A DNA stretch of 64,000 nucleotides from Macrostomum lignano (taxonomy: Eukaryota), in assembly GCA_002269645.1 (NCBI GenBank), contig NIVC01000713.1, positions 454,946-518,945 of the forward strand. Direction: 5' to 3'. The position numbers were made by a program, and so were the translations under genes. How positions within the stretch are numbered: the first letter of the stretch is position 1; every line of letters begins with the position of its first letter. Below, piece by piece: positions 26,321 through 53,273 of the stretch. Under the pieces are notes generated by a model that did not search any database, was not told the DNA's origin, and saw only the letters and a program-made list of their open reading frames with translations.

Positions 26321-28889
26321 ACTATCTGTAATCGAATACTTCTGTTCTGTTTGTCTGCCGTTTTCTTAGTCTCTTTCTTTATAAAAAAGAGCTCTGAGAA
26401 AACCAATAATAAGTCATGTGAATTCGACTTCTGTTTTAGCTTTTTATTCAAGAAAGGCCGCGACCTGAGTTTACCTGAGAAATGAAGAGAGAGGGAAAGA
26501 AAAGGTAAGCCGAGATGCAGCAGCACTGACCTCTTCCCCTCACTCCCTAGTCAAAACCCACGCTCTCCAGTTCAGCACACACAAAATTCTCATGCTGTGC
26601 TCAGACGAGCCGCTATTGAAGTGCCAGGGATGGAGAGGGGCGAAGGAATCTGGGATTCTCGTGTGTAAGGTCTTGAGAAACTTGGACGTCAGCAAAAGAA
26701 AGACGGAGAAGGAGAGATGAAGGGGAGGGCAGTGGAAGCGCGTGAGTTTGAGTTAATCGATCCCAGCCATGTGTGCGCTGAGGCGGATGCTCAGGAAGCG
26801 GTTGAAAGGAGCCAAGCTTTGCTTGACGTGTAGAGGGAGGGGAGAAGAAGCTTAGAGTTGAGCTTAGAAAAGTTTGGTTAGGTCGGCGGATATGGGAGCA
26901 AGCTGGGGGATTAGGAGTTAAGTTAGCTCTTTAGTTAGCCGCGGAGTCTGGAATTTCAGGTTTCGTGTGTGGGAGAGCGAGTGACTGGCGAGTGCTTGGG
27001 GTGCAGTTTTTTTTGAAAGCCGAGACGCAGTTGGGCAGCTCGCGGCTCGCGGATATGGATACTGGAAATCAAGGAAGAGAATGACATGGGGCCGCAATTA
27101 TAATTATTGGCGTCCCCAAACCAAACCCTGGCGGGCTAAAGGTACCAATAGTATCTCTAGCCATCAATGTTGATTAATCTCGTGATGCTATTGATATAGG
27201 TAATTGCGTTAGTATGGCGGTTTATTGATGACGGAGATGAGCTCGTATTGTGTCCAGGGAATGGCACGGGACTCATTCTGTTTATGCAGCTCGGGGATTG
27301 ATGGCTGGAGGGCCTGCTGTCCATAGGTAATATTGCAGCTTGGTCGAATATCTACCCTATTTTTCGCCACAGGCGCTTTAAGCCCATCCAGTGGGCTCTT
27401 CCTCTCTCCATGTCTGCTTCGAATTCAATTCTCCGCTTCACTTGAGAATTTCATTAGCGCGCAGCTTCCTTCGAATAGGGCGGGATTAATTTCTTCAGGA
27501 AATTAAAAAAAGACAGGCATAAAGAGATTTATAGCTTTACCTCTGCGATCGCCGCGTGTCATCGCGGCAAATAGAGAGCTGAGCCCCTCCTGCGGGAAGG
27601 TGAGGATGTAGAACATCACCTCGGCTGCTTCATTGCGCACTGGGGCTATCATTGTGTTGGACACGAATCTTGTGCCTGGAGTGTTGGCAGCGGGCTGGGT
27701 TTCATTCATGCATGGCATTGTAAAAGTAATAATAATACGCTCGTATTAATGATGGCAAAGGTGCAACGCCTTCGGCGACATCGGTCCCGCAAACAGCTCT
27801 GACGGCAATTCTGCCCATTCCCGCTGAGTCACACACACGCTCACAACAGGGTGCACAGCGGCACTGTGACTGTCTAATCGTCGGGCATGTACACACTCTG
27901 TGTTCCCTGCGGGTTGGCCCTCATGGTGGGAGTCACTGCGCGCTGATTCCTGCAGCTACAATAAGAATCTTAGAAATAGAATTTTGAGATACTCAGGTGG
28001 AGCTCAGCAATGTACGCCTGGATCTGCAGTTGCATGGCAGAAAAAATAAAAGCAGTCAGAGGGTTAGCCATTCTTTTTTAACGCAGATCTCTGTGACAGA
28101 GAGCAAGGCTAAGCGGTAAAACAAAGTGGAAACGCTAACCGTCTTTCTTGTAGAAGGTGATGCGCACTTGCTTTTCATCCCGGCTGTGCAGGGCGTCTCT
28201 TAGCTCGGCGATGGAGGCCACGCTGGTGAGGGGGCCGTGCAGGAACTCCATGCAGGCGCTGCGCTGCATGATGTCCGCCCGGCTGTAGCCAACAAGGTCG
28301 CAAAATTCGTCGTTGCAAAATATCACCGGCCGGCGTTCGAGGCGGGCATTGGCGATGCAAAATTTCCTGTCTAAAAATATAAACTATTATTTTTATGCTC
28401 TCTGTCAAATTGCTAATATTGCAGTTTGAATTAAAACTTAGCATTTTGTTAGCATAAGCTAATGCTTAGTATTTGAAATGCTTTCTAAAATAAATCAATT
28501 TTTATTAGTATTTTCATAATTATTCTAAAATTTTAATTTTTAAACATTTTGATATTACAAACTAAGTCTTTTTAAGTATTTGATAAATATTTTGAGGTCA
28601 TATATTGTTGATATCTGTTGAAAAGCTGAAGAAGAAGAAGTATCAACTGGATTTTTTTAGTCTTTTCCATTAGGAATTCCTGAATTACTACTTAGTAGAT
28701 AATAATAAACTTATAAATAAAGAGAAATAACTTTAATATTTTGTTTAAAAGAAAATTGTAAGAAGCTACTTAGTACTTAAATGTTGAATAATAACAGTTA
28801 AAACTTTTCTTACTCTGTCCATCAAATTTCCGAATAAGGGTGTCAAGAAAAGTATTCTGCGGCGCTGAATTGCCACGGCGCACGGGCAT
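7732..28889 (-). CDS. KCNH2: ERG-subfamily (KCNH2/6/7, seizure/unc-103-type) voltage-gated K+ channel gene, 12 exons, several single-base frameshifts
   Basis: PAS-cap [17 protein letters not shown] domain, S1 [14 protein letters not shown]4 [18 protein letters not shown], pore SVGFGNV, C-linker/CNBHD and C-terminal coiled coil all appear in order with phase-compatible splice sites. Confidence 0.95.
8430..8912 (-). CDS. KCNH2: KCNH exon 11 (low-complexity tail with [20 protein letters not shown]), probably two -1 frameshifts
   Basis: ccgcag| acceptor, CAG|gtaagt donor. The invertebrate-ERG-like motif needs a base restored at 8531-8533, and the exon length is 2 short of phase compatibility. 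Confidence 0.7.
9138..9415 (-). CDS. KCNH2: KCNH exon 10 ([28 protein letters not shown]...[12 protein letters not shown]...LEITFDLRD)
   Basis: ccaacag| acceptor phase 2, G|gtatcc donor phase 1. Confidence 0.93.
9440..9515 (+). mobile_element. tRNA-derived SINE head
   Basis: A-box-like tggtgtagcttgg (9443) and B box ggttcgaatcc (9493), with no clean cloverleaf. Confidence 0.5.
9669..10000 (+). mobile_element. 5'-truncated RTE-clade non-LTR retrotransposon 3' end in a KCNH intron
   Basis: [25 protein letters not shown]...[14 protein letters not shown] (RTE C-terminal motifs), (tgt)n tail, 7-bp TSD aggaatc at 9662-9668 and 10001-10007. Confidence 0.88.
10171..10747 (-). CDS. KCNH2: KCNH exon 9 (pore, S6, C-linker, start of CNBHD); -1 frameshift at 10202-10204
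   Basis: [27 protein letters not shown]...[29 protein letters not shown]...GDILVHRG then shifted [11 protein letters not shown]. The exon is 577 bp where 578 is needed. Confidence 0.96.
11028..11255 (-). CDS. KCNH2: KCNH exon 8 (S4-S5), ends at a probable GC donor
   Basis: [29 protein letters not shown]...[12 protein letters not shown]...WLDQLADQ then CAG|gcgagt. Confidence 0.93.
11281..12012. repeat. 14-bp minisatellite (agcttactgaccgt)
   Basis: About 52 tandem units with cgt/cat variants. Confidence 0.98.
12273..12506 (-). CDS. KCNH2: KCNH exon 7 (S2-S3, [18 protein letters not shown]...[20 protein letters not shown])
   Basis: 234 bp, phase 0/0, hallmark ERG motifs. Confidence 0.95.
12690..17300. 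repeat. 21-bp minisatellite (atctaagcatcaaccaacacg), 4.6 kb, with 20-bp variants and higher-order duplication
   Basis: Tandem periodicity. Fills KCNH intron 12507-17401. Confidence 0.98.
17402..17596 (-). CDS. KCNH2: KCNH exon 6 (S1, [22 protein letters not shown]...TPYVAAFLL)
   Basis: 195 bp, phase 0/0, cgtag| acceptor, |gtatgc donor. Confidence 0.93.
18815..19372. repeat. 15-bp minisatellite (gcgcccctggtgctg grading to cccctggtgctaaag)
   Basis: Tandem units. Same family as 54228-54595. Confidence 0.96.
19529..19719 (-). CDS. KCNH2: KCNH exon 5 (...[10 protein letters not shown])
   Basis: NVTEKVAQ|gtgagg matches ERG NVTEKVTQ at the conserved intron position. tttttcag| acceptor, phase 1. 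Confidence 0.85.
20149..20379 (-). CDS. KCNH2: KCNH exon 4 (proximal linker, [11 protein letters not shown]...GEASEM)
   Basis: cttccag| acceptor and T|gtgagt donor. 231 bp, phase 1/1, compatible with its neighbours but poorly conserved. Confidence 0.65.
20855..21120. repeat. 23-bp minisatellite (agagtgacagattgcatgaccat)
   Basis: About 11 units. Confidence 0.95.
21769..21990 (+). mobile_element. tRNA-derived SINE with a CORE-like central domain
   Basis: A box (tagcctagtgatcgg), B box (ggttcgatttcc, 21821), then tgtgtccttgagcaagacac...ctgtaaaatgag, resembling the MIR/CORE consensus. AT-rich tail. Confidence 0.72.
22017..22738. repeat. 25-bp minisatellite (tggcacaggattgagtgtcaggggc)
   Basis: Tandem units with variants. 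Confidence 0.96.
23217..23425. repeat. (GACA)n microsatellite
   Basis: Direct read. Confidence 0.98.
23426..24065. repeat. 8/9-bp repeat (actaagac / actaagacc)
   Basis: Direct read. Abuts the GACA tract. Confidence 0.97.
26222..26322. repeat. (TATC)n microsatellite
   Basis: Direct read. Confidence 0.97.
27541..27675 (-). CDS. KCNH2: KCNH exon 3 ([30 protein letters not shown]...)
   Basis: ctccag| acceptor, G|gtaaag donor, phase 1/1, PAC motif PV.NE...V..FIL.F. Confidence 0.88.
28140..28370 (-). CDS. KCNH2: KCNH exon 2 (PAS domain, RKFCIANAR...[19 protein letters not shown]...FYKKDG)
   Basis: 231 bp, ttttag| acceptor, G|gttag donor, strong ERG PAS similarity. Confidence 0.95.
28814..28889 (-). 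CDS. KCNH2: KCNH exon 1 (PAS-cap, [25 protein letters not shown])
   Basis: 76-bp exon ending A|gtaag, the same length and phase as I recall for vertebrate ERG exon 1. Confidence 0.95.
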
Positions 28890-29934
28890 ATTCAGTCTAA
28901 CGGGATTTTTTGCGTTTTTAACCTGAAATTATATATTTTTTCTGGTTCTTGCGTGCACTATCCGGGCGACTTAGCAGAGACGCGATAATTTAAATATACC
29001 TAAAACGTTCATTAGTTAGTAATTCGAACAAATTTCTATTTAATATGCAGAGAAAGTCTGGCATTATTATAGTACGTACAATTAAAACATGCCTGAAATA
29101 TCAAAAGTTACATTATTTATATTAGCTTGTAAGTCTTTTTGCTAAATATTTTTGATAAAAAACTTCGTGTAAATATTATTGACAATATCAGTATGATATA
29201 TCCTTATTTCAAAAACACGAATAAAAGATTTGTTAAGCTTTGAAACATGATTAATAGTATAAAATAATCACAATGATTACATTATTATTAAAAAATATAA
29301 AATAGAATATAAAAATGTATAAAACATTTGTTATATCCTATATACTAAAAATGAAATGTCTGTAACTAACTAGCTATGCGATAGATTTCAGAAAAAGTGG
29401 CTCAACCGATTTTCTTCAAACTTGCACCATTTGATCAGAAATTTTCCTGGGACGGTACATGCATCTTGGCTAAGAAATTGCTCAATTTTAAAGGGATTAA
29501 ATATTCGAAAAACATGCTTTTTTGCAAAGGTCAAGCAGCTCTTTCGACCTGAAATGAATTGTAAAAATGCGAAAGAAAAAACTGACTGACTGAATTTCAA
29601 TTGTGATAAAGATTGCATCACAACAAGATGAAAACAGTGTCGAAAAAATGCACACAAGACTTGATTGTAATTGCGTAACCATATTGCTAACTTGAATTGA
29701 GACTGATACTGGCTGACTGAGAAATTGATTATGTCATAACTTTTTACTCTAACTGACTTGCTATAAGAATTGAATTATAAGGGCCACAATACATGTTCTC
29801 CAATTGAAAAGAGATAGCCAAGATGCGAACAGACTGGACTGCTAATGTAGCGACCTGGGTTCGAATCTTAGTAGTGCAAAAACATTTTTTTATTAAAACA
29901 CTTTAAAACACAAAATGCTAAACATAAAAGAAGC

Positions 29935-31735
29935 GCAATGTCAAATATAAAAGAGCCACCATGCCAAACAAAAAAGTGCCACCATGTAGAACACAGAAGA
30001 GACACCATGTCAAACATAAAAGAGCCACCATTTCAAACATAAAAGAGCCACCATGTGAAACATATACGTGACTCAATGTCAAACATTAAAGAGCCACCAT
30101 GTCAAACATTAAAGAGCCACCATGTCGAACATAACAGAGACAACATTTCAAACATAAAAGAGCCATCATGTCAAACATAAAAGAGCCACCATGTCGAACA
30201 TTAAAGAGCCACTATGTCAAACATAACAGAGACAACATTTCAAACATAAAAGAGCCATCATGTCAAACATTAAAGAGCCACCATGTCGAACATTAAAGAG
30301 CCACCATTTTGAACATTGAAGAGCCACCATGTCAAACATTAAAGAGCCACCAAGTAAAATATAAAAGAGCTACCATGTCAAAAATAAAAGAGCCACCATG
30401 TCGAACATAACAGAGACAACATTTCAAACATTTAAGAGCCACCATGTCAAACATAAAAGAGCGACCATGTCGAGCATAAAAGAGCCACCATGTCAAACAT
30501 AAAAGAGCCACCATGTCAAACATTAAAGAGCCACCATGTCAAACATTCAAGAGAAACCATGTCGAACATAACAGAGACAACATTTCAAACATTTAAGAGC
30601 CACCATGTCAAACATAAAAGAGCCACCATGTCGAGCATAAAATAGCCACCATGTTGAACATTAAAGAGCCACCATGTCAAACATTAAAGAGCCACCATGT
30701 CGAGCATAAAAGAGCCACCATGTCGAACATAAAAGAGCCACCATGTCAAACATTAAAGAGCCACCATGTCAAACATTCAAGAGACACCATGTCGAACATA
30801 ACAGAGACAACATTTCAAACATTTAAGAGCCACCATGTCAAACATAAAAGATCTACCATGTCAAACATAAAAGAGCCATCATGTCAAACATAAAAGAGCC
30901 ACCATGTCGAACATTAAAGAGCCACCATGTTCAACATTAAGGAGCCACCATATCAAACATAAAAGAGCCACCATGTCAAACATTAAAGAGCCACCATGTC
31001 AAACATTAAAGAGCCACCATGTCAAACATTCAAGATCAGCCATGTCGAACATAAAAGAGCCACCATGTAAAATATAAAAGAGCTACCATGTCAAACATAA
31101 AAGAGCCATCATGTCAAACATAAAAGAGCCATCATGTGAAACATATACGTGACTCAATGTCAAACATTAAAGAGCCACCATGTCAAACATATACGTGACT
31201 CCATGTCAAACATTAAAGAGCCACCATGTCAAACATATATGACTCCATGTCAAACATATATGACTCCATGTCAAACATATATGACTCCATGTCAAACATT
31301 AAAAATAAAAAAGACACCATGTCACACATAAGGGAGCCACCATATCAAACATAAAAGAGCTACCATGTCAAAACATTATTGAGCCATTATGCCCAATATA
31401 AAAAGACACAATTTCAAATGTAAAAGGGCCGCCATGTCAAACATAGAAGAGCCACCATGTCAAACATAGAAGAGCCACCATGTCAAACAACTAAGCCACC
31501 ATGTCAAACATAACAGAGACACCATTTCAAACGTAAAAGGGCCGCCATGGCAAACATAGAAGAGCCACCATGTCAAACATTAAAGAGCTACCATGTCAAA
31601 CACAAAAGGGCCACCACGTCCAACATTAAAGAGCTATCATGTCAAACACAAAAGAGCTACCATGTCAAACATTAAAAAGCCACTTTTTTAAACAAAAAAG
31701 AGACACCATTTCAAACATAAAAGAAGTGTCATGCC
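29935..31735. repeat. Degenerate 23-bp minisatellite (gagccaccatgtcaaacataaaa)
   Basis: Recurring unit with many variants over 1.8 kb. Confidence 0.95.
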
Positions 31736-31799
31736 AAACAAAATGAAACCATTATAAAGCTAAGGAAATTGTTGCACTAGCTACTTGTTCTCTGGTGGA

Positions 31800-32360
31800 T
31801 GCTTGCTATTTAAGGATGGATACTTGCTATCAGGGGGATGCTTGCTCTTGGGGGTGGAGAGTACTTGCTATCTGAGAGGGGGTTGCTAGATATCTATAAG
31901 GTATCTTTGTATCCAGGTTATGCTTGCTATCAGGGGTTGCTTGCTGTCTGGGGGATGCTTGCTATCTGGGGGGGGATGCTTGCTATCTGGGGATGCTTGC
32001 TATCTGCGGGATGCTTGCTATCTGGGGGATGCTTGCTATCTGCGGGATGCTTGCTATCTGGGGACGCTTGCTATCTGGGGTCTGGGGGAATGCTTGCTAT
32101 CTGGGGATGCTTGCGATCTGGGGGATGCTTGCTATCTGAGGAATGCTTGCTATCTGGGGGATGCTTGCTATCTGCGGGATGCTTGCTATCTGGGGGATGC
32201 TTGCTATCTGGGGTCTGGGGGAATGCTTGCTATCGGGGGATGCTTGCAGTCTGAGGGATGCTTGCTATCTGGGGATGCTTGCTATCTGGGGGATGCTTGC
32301 AGTCTGGGGGATGCTTGCTATTTGGGGATCAATGCTTGAATGTTGTCTGAGGATGCTTGC
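31800..32360. repeat. About 17-bp minisatellite (ggggatgcttgctatct), variable G-run
   Basis: Direct read. Confidence 0.94.
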
Positions 32361-33601
32361 TGTCTTGGGATGTTTTGTTTTTAAGAGGGAATGTCTGTTG
32401 TTTTTTCTGAAGGCTTTATTTCGCTGTCTATTTGTTATTTGTAAAAAACAAGGATTCTATCCAGATGTCCCCCATCGGGGGGCAAAGATTGCTAGTAAGA
32501 AATCTAATAATAAATGACAGTTATAAAAGTAGAAAGCTTTGAATACGCAAGAAATTTCATTCCATTATATTTTAATTAGTGTTGCGCAATGACTATGTAG
32601 TTAAATATATGTGACTATATAGTTTTACTGAAATTGAAAGTGAACAGCTGAAATGCAGGAATATAGCTAGCCATGCCATGTATAGATTTATTTCATTTTT
32701 ATAGTGATGCATGTTGTGCCCTGGAACAACAGCAACAATAAGAAATTTCTGACTATCCGGCAAGTAGGCCGCGGGCAATGCACTCTAACCCCTCCCCACC
32801 GCGTTTGCCTAACCGTCCCATTCTCCGGCCCTTGGCATGCCCAATTCTGATTGGCCTAGCCTATAGTATCATGTATTTTTTACCCTACGTTTGTTCTGAT
32901 TGGCCAGCCGTGTTGAGACTATCAGTTATTGATTGGTTGGGTATCAGGTCTGCTGATTAGAGTATTTTTGGCCAAATACCGGTATACATTTATGTAAGTG
33001 AGGGAGAGGGGCACACGCCTAATTCTGACAGCGCAGACCAACATCTGGAATTTACTGGTATGACATTCCAATCATTATAACTATTTCAATAACAGCTAGC
33101 AGCTTTCTGTGACTCTACGCGCTCTCTCCCCTGCAAATTGATTGAAAAGTGAGTCGCCTTAATTCCCGTGTTATTCATTTTCGGTATTATGGCTCGGGAA
33201 GATACGGTTACGGGGACAAAATGACCTTTTGGTCACTCGACGGGGTTCCTCGTTGCGAAGTCAGTCAGGCAAGCAGGCTGATGCAATCGCAGGCTCGTCC
33301 GCTAGGAGAATTAGAGCTATGCATGTATCTGATAGTAGATGTTAGAATCACAACAGGTGCCAAGCGTTCGTAGATGTTTCAACCGCTGATGCCAACGTAC
33401 GAACTACGAACTACTTGTACATTCATGAAATCTTGACTTTAGCATCCTCAAGTAGTTGAGCTTGAGCTGACATGCGCCCACCTAAGCACACGCTTACACA
33501 TATTCATTGAGGGTGTGCAATTGACCTGACTTTCTCATTGACAGGCATATAATGTATAAATGTGCACACTTCGCGACCTGGAAAATTTTCTTCGTGGGCC
33601 A

Positions 33602-33603
<2 letters not shown>

Positions 33604-33636
<33 letters not shown>
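33604..33636. repeat. (CA)n microsatellite
   Basis: Direct read. Confidence 0.95.
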
Positions 33637-33638
<2 letters not shown>

Positions 33639-34529
33639 TCAATGTGTTCCGCCCCTCTGTGAGTACACCCAGTTTAAGTGCGTGCTCTCGCTTGCATGTA
33701 CATGTGCAATTTAGATAATAGCTAGTTGGAATGTCACCGCCAAACCATTAACCTTTACACATGGTACATAATAATTGAGCTGCATGCTAACTCACCCAGC
33801 CTTCAACTGATCACTGCTCAAACGAGTCAGTTTGCTTGGACGAGGAACAAGATGGTTGCTCCCTGACAATGAGTTTATAGTATATATTTTGGCAGACGAT
33901 CCACCAATAATTAAACAATTATACATCGGCCTAAGCAAAGCTGTAAGTCTGATCATTTAGTCATGTGCATGTTCTATTCGAATTCAAGGAATATGATTTA
34001 TAAACATTTTCTGCATTCGCTGGAACCAGGCGCTGCAATTCAGTCTCTCCATTCATTCATTCATCGGAAAGAATTTAGCGTTTCAGCCCCTAACCGGGGC
34101 TCTTGGGCTAAGCAATCTACAAAGCCTTAACGAACCTATTTACAGACTTTATCGCAGCTTTAAACTACTATCAGTAGCGTAAAGCAAGTTCAGTATAAAC
34201 TTACTATGCCCTACTGCAAAAGCAATACAAATGAACAGTTACGCGGTCAAGCCACTACACTATTTATAGTCTGTTTCGCTCACGCAACCCCTCCCTCCAA
34301 CCTAGTCAGCAGTTCTCAGACTTTGTAGGTTCCCAACCAGACTCCTTTTAATTAATCGGAGTGGACTTGACAAAGCCCCGGTTGATGCCCTGCGGGCGCT
34401 TGGTTTTTACAAAGCACATGAATTCAAAAGGTTTCTGTTGATCGACAAAGAGACAGGGCAGGGACAGGGACACAGGGAATGGTGTGGTGTCCATCTTGGG
34501 CACACGCAATCGTGCACATGAGTCTAAGG

Positions 34530-35516
34530 CAGGAGTCGGCAAACTCCCCTGCCATCTTCATCTTCAAGTCCGGCCCGCAGTACTCTTACTATCTAACAAT
34601 GTATTCAATAAAAGTGGCCCGCGAACCAATTTTGTGTTGAAACATTCAACTTTACAAGCAAAATTAGCTTTCACCCCGTCATTCCTGCGTCAATCTTAAC
34701 TGGCGGGGTTGTTTGTTGTATTTGGTCTATCATCTAAAATTGTCGGCTATCCTATAGAATCGTTCCTTGAATTATTTTTTCGCTTGAATTCGTTTCCTTT
34801 TTTTATTTTAGAGTCCAAAAATGTTAAACAAGTGAACGAATTAACAGTTTAACATGTTCTGGCAGCTAAATTGCTTGTTATAGTCAATTGTCACATCACG
34901 ACACGAGGGTACTACTTTAATGTTGGGTAATAGTGTGACTGGGTGGGTAATTTTATCCACACATCTCTCCATATTTGAGTTTTTGCGCTGATTTCAAGAG
35001 TTATAAAAATAGTATCAGTTTTGTGCACGCAAAGCATGAAAATATGGTCTATGGTAAAAAAACTGTGACAGTGCGCGGGGAGTGACCTTAAAGGGAGATG
35101 CGTTTAAGATTGAAAAATTAGCTGCCGAGCTGCCAATACTGGGATTCAAGTCAAACCATTGCTTAATTTTCTGATTTTGGACTACTACTCCCTGGATAGA
35201 CGACCATGCAGCGGCCTCAGGTTGGATTGTGCCTGTTTAACTTTTAAGTAGTACCCTCGTGTCGCGATGTGGCGGTTGACTATAACAAACAATTTAGCTG
35301 CCAGTACATGTTAAACTGTTAATTCGTTCACTTGTTTCATATTTTTGGACTCTAAAAATAGAAAGGAATCAAACTCAAGCGAAAAAATAATTTAATGAAT
35401 GATTCTACAGGATACCAAATGGTCATTTAGCCTCAATTTGTTGTGCATTTTTCTGGCCCGCCCCCTTCAACCAGTCTTCCAATCCGGCCCGCACTGGAAA
35501 AGTTTGCCGACCCCTG
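34530..35516. mobile_element. hAT-type non-autonomous element (MITE)
   Basis: TIRs caggagtcggcaaact / agtttgccgacccctg. Perfect 8-bp TSD gtctaagg at 34522-34529 and 35517-35524. Confidence 0.9.
34748..35414. mobile_element. Foldback/MITE with about 170-bp diverged inverted arms, nested inside the hAT element
   Basis: 34748-34920 is the reverse complement of 35244-35414 with scattered mismatches. Both ends are TA. Confidence 0.85.
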
Positions 35517-36081
35517 GTCTAAGGGGTGAGCGCAGCAGGATCGACTGTTGTCGCCTTCTTGAAGTGCTGCAGTGACAAAGTCGCATTTAAATTTCATACC
35601 ACAACTTGATCCCATGCATAATCAAGTAAATTGTTGCCGTAGGCTCCGAGTTACTAAACATTGTGGTGACTGCTCTAACCAGACTCTCGCAACATACCCT
35701 CCCTAGCCCTAACTTGAAAAATACGCGAAAGTTTTGATGAAAAGCGAAAAACATATCAGCACTGAATCATCCAATTTTCATACTCCTTCCTGTCTCTTTG
35801 TGAATTAACAAAAGACTTGGAAATTAGAGTTGCATTGTAAAGGCAACGGCCCGCAGGCCCTCAGTAGGTTTTGTAAATTTCACTCCGATTAATTAAAAGA
35901 GAAGCTAATTTTAACAACCATCATCAACAAAATCAAAAGATATCATATGGGCCAGCTCATTTGAGTCTCTTAAACATCAGGGATAATTCGGTCTCTCATA
36001 GAATAAGCAAAGACGTTTATTGACGAAGAATACTTCAATATCAGAGCAGTTTTGATTGACCCTCAGAAACATTGGAGTGAG

Positions 36082-36420
36082 ATGGGTGTCTATGGAGGGA
36101 GGTGGGTGTGTATGGATTGACATGGGTGTCTATGGAGGGAGGTGGTGTGTATGGATTGAGATGGGTGTCTATGGAGGGAGGTGGTGTGTATGGATTGAGA
36201 TGGGTGTCTATGGAGGGAGGTGGTGTGTATGGATTGAGATGGGTGTCTATGGAGGGAGGTGGTGTGTATGGATTGAGATGGGTGTCTATGGAGGGAGGTG
36301 GTGTGTATGGATTGAGATGGGTGTCTATGGAGGGAGGTGGTGTGTATGGAGTAAGATGGGTGTCTATGGAGGGAGGTGGTGTGTATGGAGTGAGATAGGG
36401 GTGTGTATGGAGTGAGATAG
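36082..36420. repeat. 39-bp minisatellite (atgggtgtctatggagggaggtggtgtgtatggattgag)
   Basis: About 8 units. Confidence 0.96.
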
Positions 36421-37984
36421 CGGTGTGTATGGAGTGTGGTGGGTGGGCCCTCAGCCCTCAGGCATGCCGACGTATCTCGTGATTTTTAAAAATACCTCTC
36501 TCAAAAGACACGTTTAATCTCACATAGCATCGACATAAAGATTTCACTGTATACTATTGAATATTACTAAACAAAATCCCGGATTTCTAAATTTTTGTTT
36601 GAATTATTACAGAATGTAAATCATTCATCTGGATGTTTTCTTGCTCCTCGTAATAAGGGCTAATCAGTTGTGTCGGGAGACAAATCCCGCTGGGAAAAAT
36701 CTTCGACAGTGATTAAAACAAATTTTATTAAAATCAAACGCGTGTTGAAACCGCGGTCCTATAGCGCTTTTCATTAATAATTCACGACACGGAGCAGAAT
36801 TTAATCATGAGAACAAGAATTTCCCGCATATTTCCTACGTGAAAAGGAGTAATCAAAGAGAATGTCAGGTTGCCGATGCTTAACTGTTATATTTTCCCAT
36901 GGCAGTGAAATTGTGCCAGAACTGACAATTTATAGAATGCTTTCGACAGGACACGCTGATAAATCTGAGTTACAAGGACAATACGAATTATTGCTTGAAA
37001 CAGTTATGAAAAAACACGAATACTCATTTAATTTTGTTTTATTACCTGCTGCAGGTTTCACGGTTCCACCAACCAGACGGGCCGGATATAATAACCAATA
37101 GTGTAAGAAGGATTTTCTTACAAAAATAAAACGATTTTCTCTAATCTTCGGTAGGAAATACAAGTCAAAGGCTTTCTGAGCCTCTAAATGATAATTTCTG
37201 CACAGTCACGAGTGCATTGATGTCTTTCACGCACGAGTGAACGTGAAGGAATCCCATTGTGGGATGAGTCATCGTGCAGGAATACATTTCTGCTCTTTTC
37301 AATGCTTTTTCAATGAGATTTTACCATTTGACATCCCATTCCTGCACGGAAAATCAGCTGACAATGTGCCAAGAATTCATCTTAGGGACTTTGATTGAAT
37401 GAGAGGGAAACGCTACAGTAAAATAATCATGATTAGTTTTTAACATAAAAAATGATTGCTGCAAAACATTCGTACTAAATTATATCGGACGAGAACTTTT
37501 TAAAATACTGCGTCGGTGCAAGTAAGTAGCAGTAATCTAGTGCGATTCTTATAACGAGAAATTATAATGTGCTCAGAAAAAACATTTAATAGAAAGTTTT
37601 TCTCCACGATCTACACTAGAGTGCGAATACATCGATTTTAAATTTTCTGTCTACATGTAGCATGGTGTCAGGACCATTATCATTAATTAATACGAGTACA
37701 TATTGCGTTGTGGTGCGATTCTTTAACGGGTAATAATTATGTGCTCGGAATAAACATTCTTTTAAATATTTTAACCACGATCTATGCAAAGAGATCCAAC
37801 TTTAACTTGCGCAAATACTCAAATTTTGAAGAATCTCGATAACACGGATTTAGGACCATTCCGTCAGAGTATTTGCTTTTGTTTCTGTCAGAGTATTCTC
37901 GTTAAAGATCAAATCTATTGCTTTAAAGAAATTTCAAGGTCACACTGAAGTCACTTCAGCTTCTCAAGATAGTTCCAATTCTTT

Positions 37985-38365
37985 AAGGTCACTAACGTTT
38001 CTCAAGGTCATTCAAACGCTCCAAAAGTCACTCCAAAACTTCAAGGTTGCTTCAAACGCTCCAAGGTCACTCAAAACTTCAAGGTCGCTTCAAACGCTCC
38101 AAAGGTCACTCAAAACTTCAAGGTCGCTTCAAACGCTCCAAAGGTCACTCCAAAACTTCAACGTTGCTTTATAAGCTCCAAAGGTCACTCCAAAACTTCA
38201 AGGTCGCTTCAAAAGCTCCAAGGTCACTCCAAAACTTCAAGGTCGCTTCAAAAGCTCTAAAGGTCACTCCAAAACTTCAATGTTGCTCAAACGCTCCAAT
38301 TAAGGTCACTCCAAAACTTCAAGGTTGCTTCAAACGCTCCAAGGTCACTCCAAAACATCAAGGTT
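37985..38365. repeat. Degenerate about 39-bp repeat (aaggtcactccaaaacttcaaggttgcttcaaacgctcc)
   Basis: About 9 diverged units starting just 3' of the receptor stop codon. Confidence 0.9.
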
Positions 38366-38371
38366 GCATCG

Positions 38372-53273
<14,902 letters not shown>

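Noticed and set aside
24070-27250. GC-richer blocks in KCNH intron 3 that look like decayed coding sequence
   Set aside because: Multiple stops in all frames and no RT, integrase or transposase motif I could confirm. Probably old TE debris, left unannotated.
29813-29875. tRNA-Ser-like segment (gactgctaat, gggttcgaatc)
   Set aside because: No acceptor stem or complete cloverleaf. At most a decayed SINE head.
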